64,000 nucleotides of DNA, taken from NCBI GenBank assembly GCA_964016885.1, contig OZ024747.1:34534001-34598000 (forward strand), read 5' to 3'. The notes beneath the pieces were generated by a model, which ran no database searches, had not been told where the DNA came from, and saw nothing but the letters and a program-made list of their open reading frames with translations. Position 1 is the stretch's first letter, and each line of letters starts with the position of its first letter. Shown here in pieces: positions 51,319-64,000 of the stretch. Position numbers and translations under genes: made by a program. Source of the DNA: Eledone cirrhosa. Lineage: Eukaryota.

Positions 51319-54237
51319 ATGGCCGTATTAAGAGTAGGAAGTTTAAATGTTCGAGGCCTTGGATCGTCTTGGAAGCAGGGTCAGCTGCTCAAAGACCTCA
51401 TCTCTAGAAATGGATGTAATAGCCGTCAGCGAGACCAGGATTTCCGACACGAGCGCACTAGCCCCCATTTTCGACGACTATCAGATCTTTACATCTGTTA
51501 GTCGGCCGGAAATGGGAGGTGGGGTGGCAGTGCTGTTTAGGAATGGCCTGGTCTCGAGGTAAGGTCAATCTTGTGGGACCCGGACGGAAAGTTGGTGGTC
51601 CTGAACGTGAACAATAACGAAGGTGGTGCCTTTAGACTGGTGGACGTCTACGCCCCTACTGGAGCAGGACGGCCGGACTTCTTTAGACACCTTGAAACAT
51701 TTCTGGGTATGTCTCGCCCTTTACTGTTAGCGGGGGACTGAAACGGTATCTTAGACGCACGATGGGACTGTGTGGGAGTATCCGATATGAGCGGTGGGTG
51801 CAAAAGCCTCAAGAACCTGATAAGCCAGTTCCAACTGTCTGACAGGTACCGACGAGATTTACCTAATGCGCCAGTGTGGACCAGGACTAACCGCATAGTG
51901 TCTTCTAGATCGTATATAGACAGACTATTCATTAAGAAAATAGACAGAAATCGTGTCAGCTCTCTATGTTTTAAAACGGTCGCCTATTCAGATCACAGGT
52001 TTGTGATTTGTATGGTTGACCTAGATAAGACGCGTAGGTTAGGACCTGGTTACTGGAAGCTGAACATGTCGGTTCCGGCATGTAAGTCTTAAGGGACCAG
52101 GTGAACAATTTAGTTAAGAAAAAGTTGACATTGGGAGTCGTCAGCAACAGATGGTAGGGTTCTCTTAAAAGAGAGATTAGAGTAATGTCGATAGGGTTTA
52201 GAAAAGAAGTAGCGTTAGAGAAAAATAGAAAGGAGGGGGAGATGGTAGATAAGCTAGACGAGGCTACTGGTAGTGGCATTGTAACTAACGTGCTAGCGGT
52301 AAATGGCATTAGACCATTTCTTCAACGCGAAATACGGAGGGTGCATTGTAGGAGTTAAGGCCCGTGCTCTGAGAAACGAGGGAACCAAAGCTGTTCGATG
52401 GGCCCGCGTTGCAGAGGCGCAGCGTGGTAATAAAACCACGATTCGGTCTTTGATAAACCGAGATGGATATGAGCTGAGCGATTCCAAGCGGATGTGTGAA
52501 GCCTTTCGCCAACATTTTGCTCGGTATTACGGGGGAAGTAGCGGGACAGAAACGGTGGCCGACTTCAGTCCCTACCTCGATGGCTTGCCGCAACCCTCGA
52601 CGGCCGATGCTGAGCGCTGTGAAAGGCCGATTACTTTAGCCGAGATTCAGGATGCCCTTGTCGGCTGCATGAGGCGCAAGTCACCCGGTTTGGATGGTCT
52701 ACCCTACGAGCTTTACTTAAATATGCCAGACTTGTTCTCCGATCTCTTCGAAGTGCTCTTCTGCAAGTGGCAGCAGAACGGGAGTATTCCCAGTTGTGTG
52801 AGCCGCTGACGTATTGACGCTGATAAGGAATGATGAGAACAGTGAACAAGAGGGACACGGAAAGGCTGTGTCGGCTTATGCGGACGACATCACCGTGATG
52901 GTGTTGGACACCTCAGAAATCGAGTTGGTCGGCAACTTATTGGAGGAATATGAAAGGTTGACGGGTGCAAAACGTAACCCGGAAAAGTCGGTGGGCTTAC
53001 AACTTCTCACCTGGAGAGGAAAGTCCATGCCGACCAGCATCGTCGTTAGGCGCTGGACGGACGGACCGTTAAAGTTGTTCGGGTTTTGGTTGGGGCCAGA
53101 CCACCAGGTGCATAAGAATTGGGACGAGGTGGCGGGCAGTGTAGCCACCTCACCCAGAAATGGGCTTGGAGGAAGCTATCACTGAAAGGTCGGGCGGAGG
53201 TGGCGAACGCGTACATCGCGTCCGTCATCTACTACTGTCTGATCGTCTTCCCTTGCCCCCGTTCGCGTCTGGGAATCTTGGAGCGGCTCCTCTTCAAATT
53301 CTTGTGGAGGTGTCAAGTTCCGTTGGTGAGACGGTTCATCTGCTGCCAGCGATCTCTATGTGGAGGGCTTGGCATGCCCTGGCTAATTAGGCTCAGACAC
53401 GCACTAAGGCTGAGGCATCTCCAGATATTCTGCCTAAACGGTGTGGTCGCCATTTGTCAGACGGCCATTTTTGCAGCTCGTCTCTTTGACTGAGCTGCAG
53501 TCCTGGGTCAAGAAGAAACCGAGACTGGGTGACTGGCATCTGGATTGTTGGCAGGCACTCACTTCTCTCTACCAGCCGGGCAATGCAGTCCGTGGAACTT
53601 CCACTCTCGAATTCTATAGAGGATTATTGGTGGGCAACTGCGACGCGCACCCGGAGAGACTCTGGGCGTCAACGAAGTCGAACTAACCATTCTGTTCTGG
53701 GGGACTGTCGAGCCGGGGAAGATGGATAATTTCAAAAGATCCCTCGCATGGCAGTGCTACCGGGGGGCAGTGGCGGCTCGAGATAAACACTACAGGCACG
53801 GAAGTGCTGTCAGACGGACCTGCCCAAGATGCGCGCAGAGCGACGAAACCGTTCTGCACGCACTCGACCAGTGTCCGTGCATTACTGACTTGTTGAGTTA
53901 TGTCGAACAGCTGTTGTCGTGTGTTGACCGGATCCGGCTATCGCCCGAGTCCATAAGCAAGATCGAGCCGCCACCTTTCTTTGGCCAGGAAGGGCAGGCA
54001 ATTTTCCTCTGTCTGGTGACAGTAGCGAAAGAGGTTTTATGGTAGACGAGGTTGAAATGACTGAAGACTGACACTTTTCTCTTCGGCCAATCCCTCATCA
54101 ACTTTTTTCAAATTTCACTTAGAAAGGAAGGTTAGGATGGAGAGAGAAGTGCTGACCCCAATATACTTGCTGAAAGGTAGGTGAATGTGGCGAGAATGGC
54201 CCGTTTGAGTGGGCCTACTCTTGTCATGCGCCTGTAG
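51319..54237 (+). pseudogene. Disrupted ORF2: APE endonuclease, RT with large central deletion, C-terminal cysteine motif
   Basis: SLNVRGL, AVSET, GGVAVLF, VYAP, AGD*N, YIDR, SDH, GYWKLN, KSPGLDGLPYE, then almost directly AYADD. GGLGMP, CPRC..ETVLHALDQC. Confidence 0.9.
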
Positions 54238-54540
54238 GTGGGTAAATTTGAGGAGCAGAGGGATGCCCTTCCCGGGTGCTCTCGAAGCGTCGGGTCGTTA
54301 AAGATTGGTGGGGTACCTGAGCGAACCTTGGGTGGGATTGGTGGGGAATTTTTATTGTTACTTTGTTATTGGGAATTTTTGTTGTTTGAATTTTTTTGAT
54401 TTCTAGTCCGATTTTATTATATCCTGTTCACACGACCAAAACCTACTTTGTATCATCCTGTACTGTTCTGTGCGGTCTCTAATGTTTTTCTTCATGTTGG
54501 CCCTTGTGGCCAATAAAAAAACCATTATTATTATTATTGT

Positions 54541-54876
54541 TTTTTGAGTCTCAGTCATTGATGTTATTTAACTGGAAAGTTTGTTGTAATGAGTATCAAG
54601 CCGCTACCTGCAGCCTCAGACATTCGGGACGTATCGGAGTGTTCTTGCTGTTCCCAGCAAGCATGTCTTTTGAAGAGTTACAAAAAGTGGGGCTGGACTA
54701 ATCTTCTTTAACCATCCTTGGAAACTCTTTGAGGTAGTACCTAGTGCGCCTATGACAATCGGGACGACCTTGATTTCATGGCAGTTCTAAATCCTTTTTA
54801 ACTCCCACTTTAAATCCTGGTATCGGTTAATTTTCTCCCTCTCCTTTACTTGCATGCTCGTGTCAAATGAACAGGC
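54541..54876 (-). mobile_element. 3' stub of Dong family B
   Basis: Matches the 3' UTR and RLE tail of copy 3. Inserted in the Tx1-flanking (ATT)n. Confidence 0.88.
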
Positions 54877-54885
54877 TTATTAATA

Positions 54886-55415
54886 TTGCTCTCCCTGGGT
54901 GCCCTAGAAGCGCAGGGTGGTTCAGGATTGGTGCGGTACCTGAGTCACTCCTGGATCGTTCACCCCTTTAGAGGTATTTACTTTGTTATATCTATGCATA
55001 GTTTATTTTATATTTTTATATCTCTATTGTTAAATTAATCTTGCCATTGTGCACTTTTATTCGACCTTATTGTAAACCCTACTGTCCCTGTCTTTCTATT
55101 GTCCCCTACATGTCGGCCCTTGTGGTTAATAAATGAAACCATTATTATTATTATATGCCTGTAAACTGAAAGTGGAAAACTGGGAGAGGGCCCTTGTCCT
55201 GGTGGTCAGGGTCACCGTGGCTTTTTCTTAATGAGCTTTCTCTTCCGAGGGCCATCGTGGACAATTTTTGGACAATTTTTCATTGTTCTTTTTTTTGTTA
55301 CATCCTCTGTTTTTGATTTTTAAAACGCAGAAATGCCCATTTGTACCGTCCTGTATTGTCCTGTACTGTCCTTACTGTCTAATTTATGTAAACCCTTGTG
55401 GTTAATAAAGAAAGC
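54886..55415 (+). mobile_element. Two tandem 3'-UTR stubs of Tx1-like elements (54886-55140, 55154-55415)
   Basis: First resembles 54265-54523, second resembles 30140-30412. Both end cccttgtggttaataaa..aaa.c-(att)n. Confidence 0.75.
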
Positions 55416-55457
55416 ATTATTAATATTATTATTTTTATTATTATTCTTTTTATTATC

Positions 55458-55644
55458 GGGTGATGGATTGGCAGTATCGGTAGAGGGTAGGATGTCATGC
55501 ATTGACGCATAGAGTTACGGCCCTTTCCATTCCGAGTTCAAATCCCGCGGAGGTCAACTTTGCTTTCATCCTTACGGGGTCGATAAAATAAAGTACCACT
55601 AATGTACTGGGTAATTGCTGGCCTTGCCCCAAAAGTAGAAACAA

Positions 55645-55681
<37 letters not shown>

Positions 55682-55690
55682 TTATTACTA
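55458..55690 (+). mobile_element. tRNA-derived SINE with (ATT)n tail
   Basis: A-box-like TGGCAGTATCGG, B-box GTTCAAATCC, central gtcaactttgctttcatccttacggggtcgataaaataaagtacca block resembling octopus SINE bodies. Confidence 0.8.
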
Positions 55691-55752
55691 TTTCTCTCAT
55701 TCTATTATTACTATTGTTATCATCATCGTCACCATCATTATTATTTCCTCCA

Positions 55753-55947
55753 AGGTGGTAGATTGGCAGTATCGGTAGGAGGTCTGACGCCATGCTTTGC
55801 AACAAAGAGTTACGACCCATTATGATCTGCGTTCAAATCCCGCCGAAGTTATATTTGCCTTTCATCTTACGGGGTCGATAAAATAAAGTACCAGTAATAC
55901 ACTGGGTAATCAGCTGGCCTTGTGCTAAAAGTAGAAGCAATTATCAT
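55753..55947 (+). mobile_element. Second tRNA-derived SINE of the same family
   Basis: Same A box, B box, central block and ..aaaagtagaa.caat end. Confidence 0.8.
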
Positions 55948-57023
55948 TTCCTCCAATATAAGTTCTTTCCCCACCGTCGTAATAGTTAAAACATCTGTTT
56001 GGAAAGTGTTAATTCATAATTTCAAACTGATGTCAATCACCTGAAAACAATGTTTTACTTTGCTTTATATTTACGAATTGAAATCACATATTTTATAGTT
56101 TTCATGTTCGGGTACTCATCGCATATAATGAATTCAGGATTCAGGAATACTGTTCATTTCTAAATAGAATTTATCAACGTTGGCTAACAACCTCCAAGTT
56201 TGATACCGATGCTCTCTTCTCAAGTGATATATGTTTAAATGTAAGTATGGCTGAAAACCGTACACACGTTATAATCTCGGAGATATACACTACGTACCCA
56301 CCCAACCCTCACACCCACTCACACACACGCCCACACAAAATATGTATTTCTACACACATATATATATATATATATATATACGTGTGTGTGTGTGTGTGTA
56401 TGTGTGTGTTCGTGCGTGTGAATGTATGTGTGTATGTGTTTGTCGTTTGTGCAAGTATGTGTGCGTATATAGTTAGATAATTAGATATGATTGTATGTAG
56501 GCATGTATACATATATGTATATATGTATGTATATATGTAGGCATGCATGAATATATGTATGAACATCTGTAAGTATATATGTATGTATGTCTGCTTGACT
56601 GTATATATAAATCAATTGCATAGTGTTACGTATGAAACAATTGATTGGAACAGTCATTCTCTACTCCTATGCATATTCGGAAAGTCTTGATATTTCAAAC
56701 ATGAATAAAATATCTGATGAATGGAATGTTTTACAAATATGTAGACAGAGAGGTAATTTGACCGTAAATTTGAGATGCTATCTCAAGTGTAGATTTCTAT
56801 TTGATACGGATAAATATTCATCAATAACTTCACACTGACGCGGTGTACCCCTATCAGAGACATTTAGTTTACTTAGAGCTTTCAATACGTTGCTCATTCG
56901 GAATATTTTATAATATATTGAGGCACATGTTTGGTGATAGGCAGCGCACATATATTTCTGTAAATCTACAAGACCTATTGTCAAGTGATTAATAATGGTT
57001 CTCACGGTTGTATATTAAATGTA

Positions 57024-57124
<101 letters not shown>

Positions 57125-57181
57125 CGTTTCTGAATTTGTTTAGCAAGAATTTTATCTGAAAACGTGTGTTGAAACCGATAT

Positions 57182-57494
57182 TGTTATACTTTGGGAGGGT
57201 CATGTTGCCAATAAGAAACACATGCACCAGATGCTTCACTCCAATTTATTATAAATTAAATTTATAAATTTAAGAATTTATAAATTTCTGGTTGGTTAGC
57301 TGGTTCCATAACGGTTGTTCATATATTATCAAAGTTCTTTCGTCACACATTCTGTGATCTCTTCAGTGACTGGGGATTCTTCTCTTTGTTTTGTGCCTCT
57401 CCTTTGTTCTGTCCTACGCCATCTTGTTTTCCTGTGTCACAGCATCTAGTGCGTGTGTTTCTTATTGGCAACATGAATCTCCCAAAGTATAACA
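57182..57494. mobile_element. 313-bp MITE-like element with ~48-bp TIRs ending TGT...ACA (Ginger-like termini)
   Basis: tgttatactttgggagggtcatgttgccaataagaaacacatgcaccaga / tctagtgcgtgtgtttcttattggcaacatgaatctcccaaagtataaca. Flanks atat / gtat. Confidence 0.75.
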
Positions 57495-57501
57495 GTATAT
57501 A

Positions 57502-57997
57502 TATAACAAAGAAAATGTGGTAAGGAACCAGGTGGACCATAACGCACCAAAGTACTCAATACTTAGGGTAGTAGAGTGGGTATTAGGAACGAGTAAGACC
57601 ACGACGGCTGAGCTCAAGCCGTTTCGACGGCTAATTCTGGACTAAATGAAAATTTATCCTGGTATATAAATAGCCGAGCTTCTCAAGGGGTAATTCCATA
57701 TATGGTCAAAGTGATTGTCACAAGGATTGGTCACAAGTTAGTAGTAATTATGTGATGGAAATTAGTGGGGGAGAGGGTAGCTAAACCTACTGGCAGGTTT
57801 AGCCACCCTCTCCCCCACTAATTTGCCATCACAGAATTACTACTAACTTGTGACCAATCCTTGTGACAATCACTTTGACCATATATGGAATTACCCCTTG
57901 AGAAGCTCGGCTATTTATATACCAGGATAAATTTTCATTTAGTCCAGAATTAGCCGTCGAAACGGCTTGAGCTCAGCCGTCGGGGTTTTACTCGTTC

Positions 57998-58000
<3 letters not shown>
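57502..58000. mobile_element. Fold-back remnant of the PLE4 family (palindrome centred ~57795, ~80-nt tail on the left arm)
   Basis: Homologous to ~26010-26308. Arms nearly perfect. Confidence 0.9.
57893..57986 (+). ncRNA. Hammerhead with U3:A8 core (mirror 57598-57691 minus)
   Basis: acccc TTGAGAA g..cggcta...tagccg.c GAAAC ggct-tgagctc-agcc GTC ggggt. Confidence 0.7.
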
Positions 58001-58035
<35 letters not shown>

Positions 58036-58230
58036 GATAAATCTACCAAGAGTTTACGGTAGTGTCCAATCCGTATGAAGAACTCTATGTAATCCGGATA
58101 TCATGGAAAGAAGAGATGCAATGAAAAATCACTTTCGGTGAAAGATAAACGGAATACAGAGTCAAGATAAAATATTTAAAAAATAATGAATAAAACAATG
58201 AAACAGTTCCTTATATTAAACAAAAAAAGT

Positions 58231-58383
58231 TCATTATTTAACGATCGTTTCTAGGATATATATGTGTTAGAATTGGCATGCATATTCAACAGATCTATGT
58301 ACAAAATTATACAAAATTATACAAACTATCAAAATTAAATATACATACCAAACACATATATATGCCGTCCTCAGAAATAATGA
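58231..58383 (-). ncRNA. Type I hammerhead with ~120-nt stem II
   Basis: tcattattt CTGAGGA c-gg.atatatatgtgtt...aacacatatatat-cc.a GAAAC GATC GTT aaataatga. 9-bp stem I, palindromic stem III AACGATCGTT. Confidence 0.85.
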
Positions 58384-58999
58384 AATATATTTATTGATAA
58401 TAACAACAATTCAAAATTACAGGTCTGTTTGGGAGCAGAGTTCAAATTGACCAATGAAAATACAAAAAGTTTATACAGTTAGGTGTGTGTATATATATGT
58501 GTATGTAAGTAACTTCGTTCACAGATATGCATAAAGATATATGTTCACATGCATACGCATGCCAAAAAGATGTATATAAATACAAAAATCCAAGGCTAAT
58601 GTCTCTGTATGTTTATAATCTACAGATAAAATACGTATGCACATATAAATATCAAATAAATATATACACACATTCATATACTCACACATATACGTACATT
58701 CAAACACACACGCGCGTATACGCATAAACATACACACAACCACGAACATACATACACACATACACCCCCACACACATATATATGTGTGTATATACTATTA
58801 TCATAAGCATATGGACATTAATGCGCGCACATAAACACTGCCACACATATTTAGATCCAGATACAGAAAGTAAGTGGGGGGGGGGGGAGAAGAGGTCAGT
58901 ATTCACCGGTGTCAACAGAGTGCCTATTTATAAATGTATCTATAAACTTAGAAATAAAAAGAAAAGAAAAAGAAAAAAGAAATATTTCAAGAGAATATA

Positions 59000-59365
59000 T
59001 CTATATATATATACATACAGACACACACATATATATACATATATACACACACATATATATACATAGACATATATATAAACAAGTAAAATATAAAATATAC
59101 ATCGATATACATACATATACATATATATATATATACACATATACACATACATGCATATACATACATATACATACACATATACACAAACACATACATACAC
59201 ATACATATACATACATACACCATATAAATACACATACACATACACACACGCATACATATAGAGACACATACATATACACATATAAATACATAGACATATA
59301 CACACATATATATATATATACATACACATACACGCATACATTCATATATACATTCACAACACACG

Positions 59366-59432
<67 letters not shown>

Positions 59433-59748
59433 ACACACATACATATATATACACACATACATACACACACATACATACTCATACATAGACATACATATAT
59501 ACACACACACACATACACACATACATATACGCATATATACACATACATACACATCCATGTATGCGTATATACATACAAAACAAACACCACCACACGCTCA
59601 CACAACTCAGACATACATAGATAAAGGGATATACATACACGTATATACATATATAAATAGAGATACATATACATATATAAATATATACACACATACACAC
59701 ACAAACACACACACATACATACATACATACATACATATACACACACAT

Positions 59749-59815
<67 letters not shown>

Positions 59816-59964
59816 TATATACATATATATATACACACACATACATATACATATATATAAAAAAATAAAGAAATAAGATAAATAATAAATAAATAAATTA
59901 ATACACACAGTCAGAAAAATATGCACACACATACATATACATATATATATACACACACACATAC

Positions 59965-60049
<85 letters not shown>

Positions 60050-60096
60050 TATATACACACATATACACATATATACACACATACATACATCAACTG

Positions 60097-60195
<99 letters not shown>

Positions 60196-60530
60196 TAATA
60201 TATATATATATATATACACACACTCACATATACATGCGCACATACGTACACATATACACATACACACATATACACATAGACATATACATGTGCCTACATA
60301 TACATACACACATATACCCACATAAATACATAGATACATATATATATATACACATATATATACACACATATATATATATACACACATATATACACACATA
60401 TATATACATATATATATATATATACACACAATCATACACCCTTATTTACATGCGCACATATGTATTTTTATACTCACATACAAACACCCAAACATACATA
60501 CCTACCTACATATACATACATACATCCACG
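59000..60530. repeat. Complex (CA)/(TA)/(CATA) microsatellite field
   Basis: Visible directly. Confidence 0.95.
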
Positions 60531-61620
60531 CTTACAAATAATAATAGTAGGGGGGGTGGAAAAAGGGGGTGGGGGAAGGGGATTATAGTAAATATAGGTT
60601 TCAAGAAACATAGAATATTAATCTGCATTTAGATCATAATATGTGTTTACATAATTTCAGTATTAGGAAATGTAAGAAAGAAGGCAAAATTATGCATTTC
60701 AATATATGTATACCATTAATTATAGGTTAACTAAACTAAAGATAGTTAATATATTGATTTCTAAGGTGTATACTACTTAGGTTTATAATATTTGAAGCGG
60801 AATTTTGAAGTTAAATAGTAGTAGAGTATTAATTATAGTATAACAAAATTAAAATTATTAACGTTATGGTATCAATATTAGGAAATGAATTTAGTAATAG
60901 GGAAAAACAAATAAAGTATTACATCGGTAGTAGAATATAAATTATAGGTTAACTAAATTAAAAATTATATATTAATTTCTATAGTATATGTTAATTAGGT
61001 TTATAATAATTAAAATAGATATTGTATTTTATCTATAGTAGAATATAATTATAGGTAAACAGAAATTAAAATTAAAATTAAAATTAATACATACACATAT
61101 ACATATATATATACATATATATATACATACATACATATATATACATACATATACATATTTTTTCAAAAATTGCAAACAATATATTAACTAGGTATACATC
61201 CAAAACCTATCTCAGTCTATGATTACATGACATTCTGCAATCCATCTGTATTAGGATATTAATTTTAAGCCAATTAAATTAAATTTTTAGGTTGACCAAA
61301 TTTAAAACCAAATTATAAATATATTTCTAAAAATGTACATTAATTAGGTCTATAATACTAAAAATTATTTCTCTGTCATTGAATACACGATATTTTGCTA
61401 TATTTTATCTGTAAAGGAATTTAAATAAAAGGTTAAATAAATTAAAATTAATCTATAAATTAATTTACGAAGTATATATTAGTAATATTTAAAAGTTTTT
61501 CACAATTTATGATTACGCAATATTTTATAATCTCATCTGTAGTAGAATTTTAATTAAATTAAATTTATAGGTTAACTAACATTTAAATTAAATTATATAT
61601 TAATTTCTAAAATAATGTTA

Positions 61621-63995
61621 TTAATTAGGTTTATAATATTTAAATGTTTTTCTTAGTTTATGATTACACGATATAATTAATTCCTGTCGTTTATTTAATA
61701 GGATATCCTTAGATTTCATTATTTCAAATAGTTCTTGGGAACATAATCTACATTCATTTCTATTATTTTGATAACGGGTGGCTCTTTTGAGCACACTCCA
61801 GGTCAAATCATATTCTATATTCTTATTTTTATAACTACTGATTTTTTCTGCTAGAGATGTTGTATTAGCCAGTGCGGCATTTTTAAAACTATGTTTGTGG
61901 GTATTAAACCTTGTCTTAAAATTGTTAGAAGTAGCTCCTATATATGAGCAAATAGAATCTTTAGTTTTAACATTACATTTATAAACTATGTTGTTAACAA
62001 GACAATTTCCTTTTAATGGGCAGTTTGCTTTGTTTCTACAGTTACAACCTTTCGTTAATTCTGTATTTGAGGAGATATTATGGTTAGTTTGATGTATTGG
62101 TGGTATACTTATGGTATTCTTACATTTATATGCATTATAGGCACTTATATTTTGTTTTATGTTATTTGTTGTTGAGTATGAGAATTTAACTGTAGACCTA
62201 TTTAAGATTTGATGGTATTTGTGGTTTGGCGGGAAGTTTTTCTCTAGGATATAAAAAAATTTTTTAGCAATATTATCCTTAATTTGTAAATTAAATGGAG
62301 CATTATACCAAGTAACCCGTCTATTACGGTTTCTATGTTGTTTATTATTTGTATAGGTTGTATCGTGATGTTTACTAGGAGGATTAATGTTAATGATCTC
62401 ACCACGCACATTTTTAGTTAGATTTGTAGATTTAGGTGTTTTATCTTGTTTATTAGGAGTTTTATTATTAACATTTATTAGAGTTGTATGATGAGTAGTT
62501 TTTTGAGAGTTACTATACTTTATTTTAGAAGAGTTGGTATTTTGGGGTATAGTGTGGGTGGCATTTAGGTGTGTACTTTTCATTTGGTGTTTGTTGGTAA
62601 TATTAGGTTGTATGTTTATAGTATTTTTAGTAGAAGGTATATATTCTAATCTATTTTTGTGGCCACTTCTATCTAGAGCTTCATTATAGAAGGTCGCATT
62701 TTTATCAAATACATCTTGGTTAGAAGAAAGGTTAGAAATTCTAAGTGATATATTATATGCAAGGTTTTTAAGGATAGATTTAGGGTGATTAGATTGTGAG
62801 TGTATGTAGTGTAAGTTTTGGTTGGGTTTATGGTAAGGTTGGTAGATACCCGTAGCTAAGTCTAAAGTTATATCTAGGAAATTTACTACTTTACTTGTTT
62901 TTTCAAAAGTAATATGAAGACTATAATAGTCTTTAAGGAAAGTTCTAATATGCTTTTTGTTTTTTTCTATTTCTGAAAGGCTAAGGTTGTTGGAAAGAAG
63001 AAGACAGTCATCATGATATAAACCACCTTTAAGGTGGGGAAAGGAGGCATTTATGTTGAAATATCAAATAGATTACTATATGTGTTTCTGGTCCAGTATT
63101 CATTCTGAAATTCAATAAGTGTTAGTCTAGCATGTGTAATAATATTAATGTCATCCAAAGTTAAGTTAGATCTATTTTTAGCAAATATCAATGCTTTGTT
63201 CAGGAGTATAGTTGATATAGAAGAATAGTAATTATCTATATCAAATTGTAGAAATGAAGCAGAAGATTTACATCTAATATTTTTAAACCAGTTAATTACC
63301 TGGGAAGTGTTTTCCCAGAGTGGTAAAATATTATGTTTTCTTATTTGTGGGATGACTCTTTCCAAAATTTTTTGGCTAATTATTCCAATATCAGATTTGG
63401 AGGGACATATAAGTCTTATAGAAGGATTTGAGTTAAAGTTTGATTTATGATCCTTCAGGTTGCAGTGTGGTCTGTTCAATGCCAAAGGTTCAGTTCTATC
63501 TTCAATGTTTAGTTTTTTTACTATGTTGTGTGTTTTGTTGTTGATGTTGGTGAGTGACGCATTATTAGATTTTTTATAATTTTTCCTGAGTTCTTTATAT
63601 ATGAACTCATTATAATCTTCAATATCCATGTGATACAAGTTACCAGTTTTGTCCGAGTGGACATGGATTTTTTTAGACTTTTTTAGGTCCAATAGGGTAG
63701 AATCAAGGTCCTTTTGAAAGACAGATTTATACTTTTTAAATTTGAGGTGTTTAATTAAATTAAAAAGGTCTTTCTCAAAGTCTTCAAGCAAAGAGTTGTG
63801 TGGTGGATTCTTGTAAGTATTGAAATCATACATATATTTCCTATCTGCATATTTAGATTTTTTATCGAAGTGGTAGGCCCTCCATCTAAATCTTCTGATA
63901 AATTGGTTAGTTTTTTGAATCATAAGGAGTAAGAAATCATCCTTAGAAGGTATTGGTATGTTCTTTAAAGAGGTTCCCAAATATTGTTTTTCCAT
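61621..63995 (-). pseudogene. Naiad-type PLE RT + GIY-YIG with one frameshifting deletion (~63055) removing RT motif B
   Basis: SLKNIPIPS, RRFRWRA, SDKT, DHK..RLICPSKS, FDIDNYY, LFDIS. The other frame is then open through GGLYHDD, NFLD, SNHP, WYNAP, KFSYS, CNCRNKANCPL, IVY..YIG, CRLCSQE, LLNKR. Confidence 0.92.
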
Positions 63996-64000
63996 TGTGA

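Larger units (their letters stand above)
49205..54523 (+). mobile_element. Degenerate, near full-length L1-clade (Tx1-like) LINE between (ATT)n tracts
   Basis: ORF1 + ORF2 architecture. 3' end ggcccttgtggccaataaaaaaacc-(att)n. Confidence 0.9.
58032..64000 (-). mobile_element. Near full-length Naiad-type PLE (PLE5), probably with a ~3.6-kb microsatellite-rich 3' UTR ending in an HHR pLTR
   Basis: ORF at 61621-63995, same-strand HHR at 58231-58383, (TA)n at 58001-58031. Continuity across the microsatellite is inferred. Confidence 0.65.

Noticed and set aside
55458-55947. tRNA genes
   Set aside because: A and B boxes are present, but spacing and sequence do not fold as a cloverleaf, and the SINE body and ATT tail follow.
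58500-60640. Long ORFs rich in Y/I/H/T/V/C/M (also at 7.2, 8.1, 19.9, 20.7 and 28.1 kb)
   Set aside because: These are translations of (TA)n/(CA)n microsatellites, which lack stops in some frames. They are not genes.

Overview
AT-rich animal genomic DNA made almost entirely of retroelements and microsatellites. I can support no host protein-coding gene. The tRNA-derived SINEs and RTE tails resemble coleoid cephalopod (octopus-like) repeats, which is an inference. Two insertion niches dominate. (1) (TA)n tracts hold Penelope-like elements (PLEs): one near-intact 860-codon RT/GIY-YIG copy, four Naiad-type copies, and many short fold-back remnants. Together they carry at least ten distinct minimal type I hammerhead ribozyme (HHR) motifs. 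(2) A ~26 kb (ATT/TAA)n-anchored pile (29.6-55.9 kb) holds R4/Dong RT+RLE elements on the minus strand and L1/Tx1-like elements and SINEs on the plus strand. A deleted mariner, RTE fragments and TGT..ACA MITE-like repeats are also present. The best lead is a non-coding 429-bp HHR unit at 7390-8188. It is copied past its own ribozyme site, has an inverted arm starting at the predicted cleavage site, and shows the PLE integration signature, so it is a candidate PLE-mobilised circular-RNA retrozyme. Other leads are a reproducible two-endpoint fold-back integration pattern, a U3:A8 core-variant HHR, a pseudoknot ahead of a Dong ORF, and an unequal crossover readable from SNPs. All alignments and foldings were done by eye.
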